63,096 bases of DNA, filler included, from Chiloscyllium plagiosum (GCF_004010195.1; 5 parts of one record of this genome joined end to end with filler, not necessarily neighbours in it); one strand, 5' to 3'; counted from the first letter of the whole stretch, positions 12,782 to 24,447 are shown. Numbers and translations are program-made. Notes: a model not told the origin generated them from the sequence alone.

Positions 12782-13080
12782 ATTAGATTACTTACAGTGT
12801 GGAAACAGGCCCTTCGGCCCAACAAGTCCACACCGCCCCGCCGAAGCGCAACTCACCCATACATTTACCCCTTACCTAACACTACGGGCAATTTAGCATG
12901 GCCAGTTCACCTGACCTGCACATCTTTTGGGCTGTGGGAGGAAACCGGAGCACCCGGAGGAAACCCACGCAGACACAGGGAGAATGTGCAAACTCCACAC
13001 AGTCGCCTGAGGTGGGAATTGAACCCGGGTCTCTGGCGCTGTGAGGCAGCAGTGCTAGCCACTGTGCCACCGTGCCGCCC
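12782..13080 (-). mobile_element. HE1-like (V-SINE) tRNA-derived SINE, near full length
   Basis: Reverse complement has A/B boxes (GGTGGCACAGTGGCTAGC; GGGTTCAATTCCC), a central domain and a CR1-like tail. Confidence 0.85.
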
Positions 13081-13984
13081 ACAAAGGTCATGTTACAACC
13101 TTTTGCAAAAAGAGGGAGCAGGTGAAACACAGCAATCTCAGGTCGGTTTAAATAATCCCAGCATTAAATAATGGGCCTAATTTTAACAGTTCAGGCTAGT
13201 ATGTTTTAAATGTGTCGAGATTAACCTAATCAAATCTAGATAGCATTAATGGTCCCTTGGGAAAAGATGAGTTAACAAATGAAAGCCAGTGAGGATTTGA
13301 CAAAAATGCAATACTAACTTGATTGGAGTTTTTTTTGTTAAGATAACAGAGAGAGAGACAGTTGATCTAGGTGGTTCAGTTGATGTTATGGATATTGGTT
13401 TTCAGAAGACACTTCATTAAATGCCACATTAAAATAATGGCTTTGATAGAATAAAAAAGGAAAAATGTATACAGTGGTAGGGAAAGTGAAGGGAATTGGG
13501 ATGAGCTGAATGCTTCTTTGAAAGAGCCAGAACATGCAGAATGGGCCAATTGTCTCATTCTATGCAATCAGGTTCTATAGAATGGGTGGATTTATGAACT
13601 TGCAATGCTAAGCTGCATCCAACACTTTTAGTTGAAAATATTAGACTGAAGTGAGTAGAATACACAGCTGTTGTGACCTTGACTGAACCAAAGTGGGCTG
13701 TGGGAATACTTAGTGAGCGCCAGGAACAAAAATGAAGGGAAATAGTCTGCAAAATAGACCATGTAAAGCTCAATCCAGTTGTTGCAAATAGTTTCAAACA
13801 GACGAAAAAAGAATTGAAAGAAGGATGGAAACGAAAAGAAAGACTTGCATTTCTACAGGACCTTCTATGATTTCAGGACATCCCCAAATCACTGACAGTC
13901 AAGAACATTTCAAGTGTAGCCATTATTGCAATCCAGGAAATGTCAGCAGCTAATTTTGACTGGAAATGCTATAACTCTATTACG

Positions 13985-14710
13985 TCAGATGGATCGGTTT
14001 TTGTTCAATGTGTACAGGAGGGTTTCCTGACACAGTATGTTGAAGGGCCGACAAGAGGAGAGGCCACACTGGGCTGGTGCTTGGTAATGAACCAGGCCAG
14101 GTGTTTGATTCAGTTGTAGGTGAGCACTTTGGAGAGAGTGACCATAATTCAGTTACGTTTGGTTTAGCGATGGAAAGGGATAGGTACATGCCATAGGTCA
14201 AGATGGGGCAAGGGCAATTATAATGCGATTAGGCAAGAATTAGGATGCATAGAATGGGGTAGCAAAATGCAAGGGATGCAGACAATGGAAATGTGGAGCT
14301 GTTTAAGAAACAGATATTGCATGTCCTTGATTGGTATGTCCCTGTCAGGCAGGGAGGAAGCCCTAAGGTAAGGGAACCGTGGTTTGCTACAGAAAGTGCA
14401 TCTCTTGTTAAGCAGAAGGAAGCTTATGTGTTGAAGAAGGACTTATGCCCGAAACGTCGATTCTCCTGCTCCTTGGATGCTGCCTGACCTGCTGCGCTTT
14501 TCCAGCAACACATTTTCAGCTTATGTGTTGATGAGGCAAGATGGTTCAGATGAGGCGATGGAGAGTTACAGATCAGCTCGGAAGGATTTAAAGAGAGAGT
14601 TAAGAAGAGCAAAAAGAGGATACGAGCAGTCTTTAGCAAATAGAATAAAGTAGAATCCTAAAGCTTTCTATAGGTATGTGAGGAATAACAGGATGACTAG
14701 AGAAGGAACA
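13985..14710 (+). mobile_element. CR1 ORF2 fragment (endonuclease end and linker)
   Basis: FVQCVQEGFLTQYVEGPTR...VGEHFGESDHNSVTF motifs. Confidence 0.85.
14431..14520 (+). mobile_element. 5'-truncated PLE terminal-repeat insertion with TSD inside CR1
   Basis: AGCTTATGTGTTGA at 14421-14434 and 14518-14531 flanks a copy of the PLE end also seen at 33571-33660. Confidence 0.8.
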
Positions 14711-14715
14711 TGAAT

Positions 14716-14880
14716 AGGTAAAAACAATGACTGCAGATGCTGGAAACCAGATTCTGGATTAGTGATGCTGGAAGAGCACAGCAGTTCAGGCAGCATCCGA
14801 GGAGCAGTAAAATCGACATTTCGGGCAAAAGCCCTTCATCAGGAATAAAGGCAGAGAGCCTGAAGCGTGGAGAGATAAGC
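14716..14880 (-). mobile_element. PLE terminal repeat with hammerhead-like motif at 14815-14842, cut by the spacer
   Basis: Reverse complement reads CUGAUGA-A-GGGC UUUU GCCC-GAAAU-GUC. Confidence 0.75.
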
Positions 14881-14980
14881 NNNNNNNNNNNNNNNNNNNN
14901 NNNNNNNNNNNNNNNNNNNNNNNNTTAATTAATTAANNNNNNNNNNNNNNNNNNNNNNNNNNNNNNNNNNNNNNNNNNNN
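14881..14980. other. Artificial assembly spacer
   Basis: 44N+TTAATTAATTAA+44N, giving stops in all six frames. Confidence 0.97.
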
Positions 14981-15292
14981 GTGGGTCAGTGCTGTGGGAG
15001 TGGGCCCTGTGGGTGGGTCAGTGCTGAGGGAGCGGGTGCTGTGGGAGGGTCAGTGCTGAGGGAGCGGGTGCTGTGGGAGGGTCAGTGCTGGGAGAGTGGG
15101 CGCTAGGGGTGGGNNNNNNNNNNNNNNNNNNNNNNNNNNNNNNNNNNNNNNNNNNNNNNNNGAGGGAGTGGGTGCTGTGGGTGGGTCAGTGCTGAGGGAG
15201 CGGGCGCTGTGGGAGGGTCAGTGCTGAGGGAGCGGGTGCTGTGGGAGGGTCAGTGCTGAGGGAGTGGGTGCTGTCGGAGGGTCAGCACTGAG
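14981..15292. repeat. About 32-bp minisatellite GTGGGAGGGTCAGTGCTGAGGGAGCGGGTGCT, with a 48-N gap at 15114-15161
   Basis: Direct tandem repetition; same unit as 23300-23665. Confidence 0.9.
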
Positions 15293-15328
15293 CCGCTGAC
15301 CATCTGTTTTGTCCTGTGGCTCCTCCAG

Positions 15329-15369
15329 AGTCGCCCTCAGTGGTTGTGACCCCCTCTGTGTCTGTGAAC
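15329..15369 (+). CDS. Candidate small internal exon of an unidentified gene (VALSGCDPLCVCE)
   Basis: ctcctccag acceptor, C|gtgcga donor, 41 nt, phase 2-1, compatible with the next exon. Confidence 0.35.
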
Positions 15370-15503
15370 GTGCGAAAGGCCTCTCACTCCTTTTGGGGCC
15401 TTCAGTCGTGTGTCTGATCTTTATTAACTGCCTCTCCTTCTGTCTTCTCTTGTCTTCCCTGTCTCCTGTCTTCCTGCTGCTGCTTGGTTCTGTCCCTGTT
15501 CAG

Positions 15504-15594
15504 CTACAAGCCCTTCTCAGCTCTCCGTCTGTGTGACTAACTCCCGCCACGGGGAGCCCTGTTTCTTCCTGCTGGGCCATTCCGACAGCATCCG
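15504..15594 (+). CDS. Candidate internal exon of an unidentified gene (PTSPSQLSVCVTNSRHGEPCFFLLGHSDSIR)
   Basis: Long pyrimidine tract with ttcag acceptor, CG|gtgggt donor, 91-nt open frame with protein-like complexity. Confidence 0.5.
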
Positions 15595-15889
15595 GTGGGT
15601 ACCGACCGGAATCTGGGCACTGCTTCCTGCCCCGGAACCGGGAATTCCAGCTGGGAGATAGGGCAAGAGCACCTGACGGGGAGCGGGGGAGAGACGAGAG
15701 AGGGCAGAGGGGGTGAAGGAGAGCGGGACTTACACGATCAGACTCTGGGGTGCGGTGAGACAGGGACTCTCAAAGATCCTGCTCCAGAGAGGAAGAGAAC
15801 CCCTTAATGGTCAGCATTCCTGGGAAGAGGCTTTGCAGCGAGGTGAAAATGAGGACTGCAGACGCTGGAGATCAGAGTCGAGAGTCTCT

Positions 15890-16375
15890 CTTCCACAGGA
15901 AGGATTGATGGGAAACCAAAAAGGGTTCTGAAAAGATTTACAAGGACGTTGGAGGGTTTGAGCTACAGAGAGAGGCTGAACAGGCTGGGGCTGTTTTCCC
16001 TGGAGTGTCGGAGGTTGAGGGGTGATCTTATAGAGGTTTATAAAATCATGAGGGGCATGGATAGGGTACATAGACAAGGTCTTTTCCCCCTGGGCTGGTG
16101 GAGCCCAGAACGAGAGGGCAAGAGGGGGAATGATATAAAAGAGACCGAAGGGGCAACGTTTTCCCCCAGAGGGTGGTGCGTGTGTGGAACGAGCTGCCAG
16201 AGGAAGTGGTGGGGGCTGGTACAATGACAACATTTTAAAAGCATCTGGATGGGGGACAGGGATAGGAAGGGTTTGGTGGGAGATGGGCCAAGTGCTGGGG
16301 AATGGGGACTGGATTAAGTTAGGATATCCGGGTTAGCACGGACGGGTTAGACCGAAGGGGGCTGTGTGACCCTGA
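15890..16375 (+). mobile_element. CR1 LINE 3' fragment
   Basis: EGLSYRERLNRLGLFSLECRRLRGDLIEVYKIMRG. Confidence 0.9.
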
Positions 16376-16687
16376 GACACGTGCCTAGGGATCATTCTGC
16401 CTTTCTGAGTGAGGCGTATCCGTGGGAGAGGGATGGCAGACCCAGAGGAGGGAACAGAAGGGCCCTGCTGACAGCTCACTAACTTCCCCAGGGATATTGG
16501 GAAGCCAGCGAGCGTGGGATCACAAGTGGAGTGATTCCGAGCTGGGTAATCGCTGTCCTTTACCAGGACTGCAGCATTGACTGTGTCAGCATGACAGCAG
16601 CCTCACTCCTCCTCCCCTCGAACACAGGTTGACGTGTCAACCACAGTGACCTCGAAACCATAAAATCAACCAAGGCAGGGTTCAGGC

Positions 16688-19600
16688 CACAGCCCTGTAT
16701 CAATCCCAAACTAATCCCACTGTCCCCGCAGCCCAGTATCAATCCCAAACTAATCCCACTGTCCCCACAGCCCAGTGTCAATCCCAAACTAATCCCACTG
16801 TCCCCACAGCCCAGTGTCAATACCAAACTAAACCCACTGTCCCCACTGCCCCGTGTCAATCCCAGTCTAATCCCACATTCCCCACAGCCCACTGTGAATC
16901 CCAAACTAATCCCACTGGCGCCACAGCCCGGTGTCACTCCCAAACTAATCCCACTGTCCCCACAGCCCACTTTCAATCCCAAACAAATCCCACTGTCCCC
17001 ACAGCCCCGTGTCAATCCCAAACTCATCCCGCTGTCCCCACAGCCGCATGTCAATCCTAAAGTTATCCAACTGTCCCCACAGCCCCGTGTCAATCCCAAA
17101 CTAATTCCGCTGTCCCCACAGCCCAGTGTCAATCCCAAACTAATCCCACTGTCCCCACAGCCCACTGTCAATCCCAATCTAATCCCAGTGTCCCCACAGC
17201 TCACTGTCAATCCCAAACTAATCCCACTGTCCCCACAGCCCAGTGTCAATCCCAAACTAATCCCACTGTCCCCACAGCCCAGTGTCAATCCCAAACTAAA
17301 CCCGCTGTCCCCACAGCCCGTGTCAATCCCAAACTAATCCCACTGTCCCCACAGCCCAGTGTCAATCCCAAACTAAACCCACTGTCCCCACAGCCCACTG
17401 TCAATCCCAATCTAATCCCAGTGTCCCCACAGCTCACTGTCAATCCCAAACTAATCCCACTGTCCCCACAGCCCTGTGTCACTCCCAAACTAATCCCACT
17501 GTCCCCACAGCCCCGAGTCAATCCCAAACTAGTCCCGCTGTATCCACAGTCCACTGTCAATCCCAATCTAATCCCACTGTCCCCACATCCCCTTGACAAT
17601 CCCAAACTAATCCCACTGTCCCCACAGTCCACTGTCAATCCCACTGTCCCTACAGCCCACTGTTATTCCCAAACTAAGTCCACTGTCACCACAGCCCCGT
17701 GTCAATCCTAAACTAATCCCGATGTCCCCATAGCCCTGTGTCAATCCCAAACTAATCCCACTGTCCCCACTGCCCCGTGTCAATCCCAGTCTAATCCCAC
17801 AGCCCACTGTCAATCCCAAACTAATCCCACTGTCCCCACAACCCCGTGTCAATCCCAAACTAGTCCCGCTGTATCCACAGTCCACTGTCAATCCCAATCT
17901 AATCCCACTGTCCCCACATCCCCTTGACAATCCCAAACTAATCCCACTGTCCCCACAGTCCACTGTCAATCCCACTATCCCTACAGCCCACTGTTATTCT
18001 CAAACTAAGTCCACTGTCACCACAGCCCCGTGTCAATCCTAAACTAATCCCGATGTCCCCATAGCCCCGTGTCAATCCCAAACTAATCCCACTGTCCCCA
18101 CTGCCCCGTGTCAATCCCAGTCTAATCCCACAGCCCACTGTCAATCCCAAACTAATCCCACTGTCCCCACAACCCCGTGTCAATCCCAAACTAATCCCAA
18201 TGCCCCCACAGCCCAGTGTCAATCCCAGTCTAATCCCACATTCCCCACAGCCGACTGTAAATCCCAAACTAATCCCACTGTCCCCACAGCCCCGTGTCAA
18301 TCCCAGTCTAATCCCACATTCCCCACAGCCCACTGTGAATCCCAAACTAATCCCACTGTCCCCACTGCCCCGTGTCAATCCCAGTCTAATCCCACAGCCC
18401 ACTGTCAATCCCAAACTAATCCCACTGTCCCCACAACCCCGTGTCAATTCCAAACTAATCCCACTGTCCCCAGGGCCCGTGTCAATCCCAAACTAATCCC
18501 ACTGTCCCCACGGCCCACTGTCAATCCCAAACTAATCCCGCTGTCCCCACAGCTCAGTGTCAATCCCAAACTAATCCCGCTGTCCCCAAAGCTCACTGTC
18601 AATCCCAAACTAATCCCGCTGTCCCCACGGCCCACTGTCAATCCCAAACTAATCCCGCTGTCCCCACAGCCCCGTGTCAATCTGAAAGTTATCCAACTGT
18701 CCCCACAGCCCCGTGTCAATCCCAAGCTAATTCCGCTGTCCCCGCAGCCCAGTGTCAATCCCAAACTAATCCCGATATCCCCACAGCCAGTGTCAATCCC
18801 AAACAAATCCCACTGTCCCCACAGCCCCGTGTCAATCCCAACCACTGTCCCCACAGCCCTGTGTCACTCCCAAACTAATCCCACTGTCCCCACAGCCCTG
18901 TGTCACTCCCAAACTAATCCCACTGTCCCCACAGCCCTGTGTCACTCCCAAACTAATCCCACTGTCCCCACAGCCCTGTGTCACTCCCAAACTAATCCCA
19001 CTGTCCCCACAGCCCTGTGTCACTCCCAAACTAATCCCACTGTCCCCACAGCCCTGTGTCACTCCCAAACTAATCCCACTGTCCCCACAGCCCTGTGTCA
19101 CTCCCAAACTAATCCCACTGTCCCCACAGCCCTGTGTCACTCCCAAACTAATCCCACTGTCCCCACAGCCCTGTGTCACTCCCAAACTAATCCCACTGTC
19201 CCCACAGCCCTGTGTCACTCCCAAACTAATCCCACTGTCCCCACAGCCCACTGTCAATCCCAAACTAATCCCACTGTCCCCACAGCCCAGTGTCAATCCC
19301 AAACTAATCCCACTGTCCCCACAGCCCACTGTCAATCCCAAACTAATCCCACTGTCCCCACAGCCCAGTGTCAATCCCAAACTAATCCCACTGTCCCCAC
19401 AGCCCAGTGTCAATCCCAAACTAATCCCACTGTCCCCACAGCTCAGTGTCAATCCCAAACTAATCCCACTGTCCCCGCAGCCCACTGTCAATCCCAAACT
19501 AATTGCACTGTAACCACAGCCCACTGTCAATCCCAAACTAATCCCGCTGTCCCTATAATCCCGTGTCAATCCCAAATTTATCCAACTGTCCCCACAGCCC

Positions 19601-20804
19601 AGTGTCAATCCCAAACTAATCCCGATGTCCCCACAGCCCCGTGTCAATCCCAAACTAATCCAACTATCCCCAAATCCCAGTGTCAATCCCAAATAGTCCC
19701 GCTATCACCACAGCCCCGTGTTAATCCCAAACTAATCCCACTATCAATCCCAAACTAATCCAACTATCCCCAAATCCCAGTGTCAATCCCAAAATAGTCC
19801 CGCTGTCCCCACAGCCCCATGTCAATCCCAAACAAATCCTGCTGTTCCCACAGCCCACTGTCAAACCCAAACTAATCCTGCTGTTCCCACAGCCCACTGT
19901 CAATCCCAAAATAATCGCACTGTCAATCCCAAACTAATCTCACTGTCCCCACTGCCCTGTGTCAATCCCAAATTAATCCCGATGTCCCCACAGCCCCGTG
20001 TCAGTCCCAAACTAATCCCGATGTCCCCACAGCCAGTGTCAATCCCAAACTAATCCCGCTGTCCCCACAGCCAGTGTCAATCCCAAACTAATCCCGCTGT
20101 CCCCACAGCCCAGTGTCAATCCCAAGCTAATTCCGCTGTCCCCGCAGCCCAGTGTCAATCCCAAACTAATCCCACTGTCCCCACAGCCCCGTGTCAATCC
20201 CAAACTAATCCCACTGTCCCCACAGCCCCGTTGTCAATCTGAAAGTTATCCAACTGTCCCCACAGCCCCGTGTCAATCCCAAGCTAATTCCACTGTCCCC
20301 GCAGCCCAGTGTCAATCCCAAACTAATCCCGATGTCCCCACAGCCAGTGTCAATCCCAAACAAATCCCACTGTCCCCACAGCCAACTGTCAATCCCAAAC
20401 TAATCCCCCTGTCCCCACAGCCCCGTGTTAATCCCACAGCCCTCTGTCAATCCCAAACTAATCCCACTGCCCCCACAACCCTGTGTTAATCCCACTGACC
20501 CACAGCTCTCTGTCAATCCCAAACTAATTCCACTGTCCCCACAGCCCCGTTTCAATCCCATACTAATCCCACTATCCCCATTGCCCCGTGTCAATCCCAA
20601 ATTGCTCCCTCTGGCCCCACAGCCCACTGTCAGTCCCAAACTAATCCCACTGTCCCCACAGCCCACTGGCAATTCCAATCTAATCCCACTGTTCCTACAG
20701 CCGCGTGTCAATCCTAAACTAATCCCAGTGTCCCCACAGCCCCATGTCAATCCCAAAATAATCCCACAGTCCCCACAGCCCAGTGTCAATCCCAAACTAA
20801 TCCC
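16688..20804. repeat. C-rich minisatellite, 39-bp unit GTCAATCCCAAACTAATCCCACTGTCCCCACAGCCCAGT, roughly 100 copies, running into a 584-N gap (20805-21388)
   Basis: Direct tandem repetition; accounts for the periodic ORFs in 16560-21526. Confidence 0.97.
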
Positions 20805-21388
20805 NNNNNNNNNNNNNNNNNNNNNNNNNNNNNNNNNNNNNNNNNNNNNNNNNNNNNNNNNNNNNNNNNNNNNNNNNNNNNNNNNNNNNNNNNNNNNNNN
20901 NNNNNNNNNNNNNNNNNNNNNNNNNNNNNNNNNNNNNNNNNNNNNNNNNNNNNNNNNNNNNNNNNNNNNNNNNNNNNNNNNNNNNNNNNNNNNNNNNNNN
21001 NNNNNNNNNNNNNNNNNNNNNNNNNNNNNNNNNNNNNNNNNNNNNNNNNNNNNNNNNNNNNNNNNNNNNNNNNNNNNNNNNNNNNNNNNNNNNNNNNNNN
21101 NNNNNNNNNNNNNNNNNNNNNNNNNNNNNNNNNNNNNNNNNNNNNNNNNNNNNNNNNNNNNNNNNNNNNNNNNNNNNNNNNNNNNNNNNNNNNNNNNNNN
21201 NNNNNNNNNNNNNNNNNNNNNNNNNNNNNNNNNNNNNNNNNNNNNNNNNNNNNNNNNNNNNNNNNNNNNNNNNNNNNNNNNNNNNNNNNNNNNNNNNNNN
21301 NNNNNNNNNNNNNNNNNNNNNNNNNNNNNNNNNNNNNNNNNNNNNNNNNNNNNNNNNNNNNNNNNNNNNNNNNNNNNNNNNNNNNNNN

Positions 21389-21612
21389 CGCTCTCTCCCC
21401 ATAGCCCTGTATCGATCCCCAAACTAATCCCACTGCCCCCGCTCTCTCTCCCCATAGCTCTGTATCGATCCCCAAACTAATCCCACTGTCCCCGCTCTCT
21501 CCCCATAGCCCTGTATCGATCCCCAAACTAATCCCACTGCCCCCGCTCTCTCCCCATAGCCCTGTATCAATCCCTGAACTAATCCCAGTGCCCTGCTCTC
21601 TCTCCCCATAGC
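21389..21612. repeat. 51-53-bp variant of the same minisatellite
   Basis: CGCTCTCTCCCCATAGCCCTGTATCGATCCCCAAACTAATCCCACTGCCCC repeated about 4 times. Confidence 0.9.
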
Positions 21613-21867
21613 CTTGAGACCCTGATGCTGTGTTGTTCCTTGTTTCTCCCTGTGTTGAATAGCAAACTGGTTGCAGTGTTTACACAGGGAGTGACATTAA
21701 TGACTTGAACACCCCAGCAGGATCTAACCTGCCTCATCAAGTATGGGTGGGTTCTCTGAGGTGTGTTCAAACAGTGTGGTTTCTCAGACATACGCTCGGA
21801 CAGGTACATGGAATGGAATAATTACAGTTCCAACCTGAATAAACCACCCTCTACTCTTTCAAGCTGA

Positions 21868-22055
21868 TAGTAAAGCTCTCTCTACACTGTTTCTGCCCCC
21901 CCCACTCCCCCCCGCCCCCCCCCCAAACACTCCCAGGGATGGGGGGTTAGATATAGGGTAAAGTTCACTCTACACTCACCCCCACTCCCAGGGTCAGGGG
22001 GTTAGATACAGAGTAAAGCTCTCTCTACACTGTTCCCCATCAAATCCTCCCGGGA
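21868..22055. repeat. Degenerate three-copy tandem repeat (GGGGTTAGATACAGAGTAAAGCTCTCTCTACACTG...)
   Basis: GTAAAG..C.CT.TACACT recurs near 21870, 21958 and 22013. Confidence 0.7.
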
Positions 22056-22147
22056 TAGTTCTGAGGGTGTGTGACAGGGAGTTGGTACCGAGCCACTCCC
22101 CTGAGCCCTGCTCCTGATTGTAAACTGAGATCTCTGTGTCCTCTCAG

Positions 22148-23193
22148 GTCCTGACACGGAGGCCGAGACAGACCTTGGAGAAGCTGCTGTGATTCTCGAC
22201 CGACAGGCGCACCCCCTCCCAGGCCCGAGAGGCGAAAGAGGGCTCCGTTCTGTGCGGGGCCAGGCCAGGCGGGAGTCGGTGCCCCCCTCCTGCCCCGAAC
22301 ACCCGAGGACAAGACAGCGGAGACTGTCCAGAGGCCACTCCGGAGTTACAGATGCCTGGCCTGTGGCTGGGGGTACCCGTGGACATCGAAGGAACCATCG
22401 CAGGAGACAGCGGGGTGACGATACTGGGCCTGAAATCGATCTCAAGCCTTGGTCCCAGGCTCCCTCCAGACAGCAGTCAGGCCTCGGGCCTAGGGCCCAC
22501 GATATCCCGGGTCCTTGCCAACCCCAGGCTGTCCTGGACCGCACCGCGCCCCAAGGCTTCGGTGTATCAAAGGCCCAAATCTCCTCTGCCTACTCTCGGC
22601 CCCAGGCTCTCCTTGACCCTAGGCCTCAGGCGCTCCTCGATTCCAGGCCCAATACTCAGGTTAAGTCCAGGGTCCAGACCCTCCCCAGCCACTCTAGGCC
22701 TCAGGCTCTCCTTGACTCCAGACCTGACACTCCGGTTAAGTCCAGGGTCCAGACCCTCCCCAGCCACTCTAGGCCTCAGGCTCTCCTCGATTCCAGGCCC
22801 AGCACTCAGGTTGAGTCCAGGATGAGGCCTCCGCCCAGACACGCTGGGCCCCAGGCTGTTCCGAACGACAGGCCCCTCTCCGAGGAGAGCACGGAAACAG
22901 ATTCGGATGGCTGGGAGACGGATTGGGAGGGAGGTGCGGCCTGGTCATCTCCAGAGGCCCTGGCGTTTAACAGCTTTGATGAGCAGAGGCAGTTTAGCTC
23001 CATGATCGGGAAGGGTCTCGATCTCACCCAGGTGCCACCTGTCTCTAGTAGCATGGGGCTGGATATCGGCGCCCACTGTGGCAGCCGGACGGCCAGCACA
23101 GACAAGCACCCAGGCAAAGTGCGGGGGGTACTCTCTCCAGGACCCTGGCTTCTGCCAGAGGTTGAGAAACACCTGGCCATATTACGGAGGTAG
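22148..23193 (+). CDS. Candidate large low-complexity exon of an unidentified gene (about 347 codons, Pro/Arg/Ser-rich with an acidic patch)
   Basis: tgtcctctcag acceptor at 22147; about 1-kb open frame with no transposon motifs; in-frame 75-bp internal repeats. The 3' boundary is ambiguous: TAG at 23191, or donors at 23190 or 23234. Confidence 0.5.
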
Positions 23194-23299
23194 TGTCCAA
23201 AGGGGCAGGTTCGAGCGGGTGAGGGGCGGTCAGGTAAGAGGAGACGCCCCCAGTGGTGGATCAGCTGCCCTGCTGCAAGGGTGTTATAGATCAGGGAGA

Positions 23300-23665
23300 G
23301 GCTGTGAGGGTCAGCGCTGTGGGAGGGTCAGCGCTGAGGGATCGGGCGCTGTGGGAGGGTCAGTGCCGAGGGAGTGGGCACTGTGGGAGAGTCTGTGCCG
23401 AGGGAGGGTCAGCGCTGAGGGAGCGGGCGCCGAGGGAGGGTCTGTGCCGAGGGAGGGTCAGTGCTGAGGGAGCGGGCGCTGTGGGAGGGTCAGCGCTGAG
23501 GGAGTGGGTGCTGTGGGAGGGTCAGTGCTGAGGGAGTGGGTGCTGTGGGAGGGTCAGGCGGGCGCTGTGGGAAGGTCAGCGCTGAGGGAGGGTCAGCGCT
23601 GAGGGAGCGGGCGCTGTGGGAGGGTCAGCGCTGAGGGAGGGTCAGCGCTGAGGGAGCGGGCACTG
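23300..23665. repeat. About 32-bp (17+15 subunit) minisatellite
   Basis: Tandem GGGAGGGTCAGCGCTGAGGGAGCGGGCGCTGT. Confidence 0.9.
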
Positions 23666-23734
23666 CCCGAAATGCCGTACATCAGGGTGAGATAGTAAAA
23701 CCAACTGAGCTGAGGACCCCTCCTGTGTACCAAG

Positions 23735-23765
<31 letters not shown>

Positions 23766-23782
23766 ATCCCTGGGACCCAAAG

Positions 23783-24025
23783 CTGTGAACCATTGATGCT
23801 GTGCGACACAAGAGCCTCCCTGCTGGCTGTGGGATCCTGCTGTGCACCGAGTTGTGCTGCTTACCCTTTGCAAACCTCAGGGTGACGCTGCGCTGCCCTG
23901 AGGTGGGAGCTGATGCTACTCAAAAGCAAACCTTGCAAGTTGTATGTACGTGTGTTTCCACACAGAGTGACAATGTTAATGTCCAGATGTGTCCGCACTG
24001 AATAAAGGTGTAGTGGTACTAACCA
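23783..24025 (+). other. Candidate terminal exon with polyadenylation signal
   Basis: (CTGT)n/(CT)n pyrimidine tract then an aaag acceptor at 23782; AATAAA at 24001-24006. Confidence 0.35.
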
Positions 24026-24281
24026 ACCCCAGCTGCACTCCTGCCTGGCCGTTCCTGGTCCACCTTGTGTGTTGAGCGTCTGTCCTCAGTTATTCCGAGA
24101 GTTGCGCCAATTTACCCAACTTTTTAGGTCAAAGGGAAACTGAACCACATTGCTCAACGAAAGCAGAAGACACGCATTTTGTCCAACGTGCAGGAACGCG
24201 ATGGTTTCAATACAGTGAGTGGCCTGGACGGAATAGACAGGGAGATGGCTGGTCCTGCCCTTCGAAGGGACGAGAGAGGTG

Positions 24282-24447
24282 TTAGATTCGATTCCCGACA
24301 GTGTGGGAGCAAGCTACCTGGCTGAACAGTTACACACTGACTCGCCGAAGAGTAACCCACGTGTTGCCCCTGACTAATGCACCGAACACTCTGGGCAATT
24401 TAGCACGGCCAATCCACCCCAACCTGCACATCCCTGGGCACTACGGG
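24282..24447 (-). mobile_element. HE1-like SINE 3' fragment
   Basis: GGGCAATTTAGCACGGCCAATCCACC..AACCTGCACATC is shared with 12782-13080. Confidence 0.75.

Noticed and set aside
13020..13080. tRNA gene
   Set aside because: tRNA-derived SINE head followed by SINE body; the same applies near 40081, 50383 and 57050.
16560..21526. GCGDSGISLGLT and PQPSVNPKLIPLS repeat proteins; CRISPR-like appearance
   Set aside because: Translations of a 39-bp minisatellite with frequent frame-breaking units; no unique spacers and no cas genes.
22945..23030. Similarity of SFDEQRQFSSMIGKGLDL to an ANKS1-family motif
   Set aside because: Weak recalled resemblance only; no ankyrin, SAM or PTB exons nearby.
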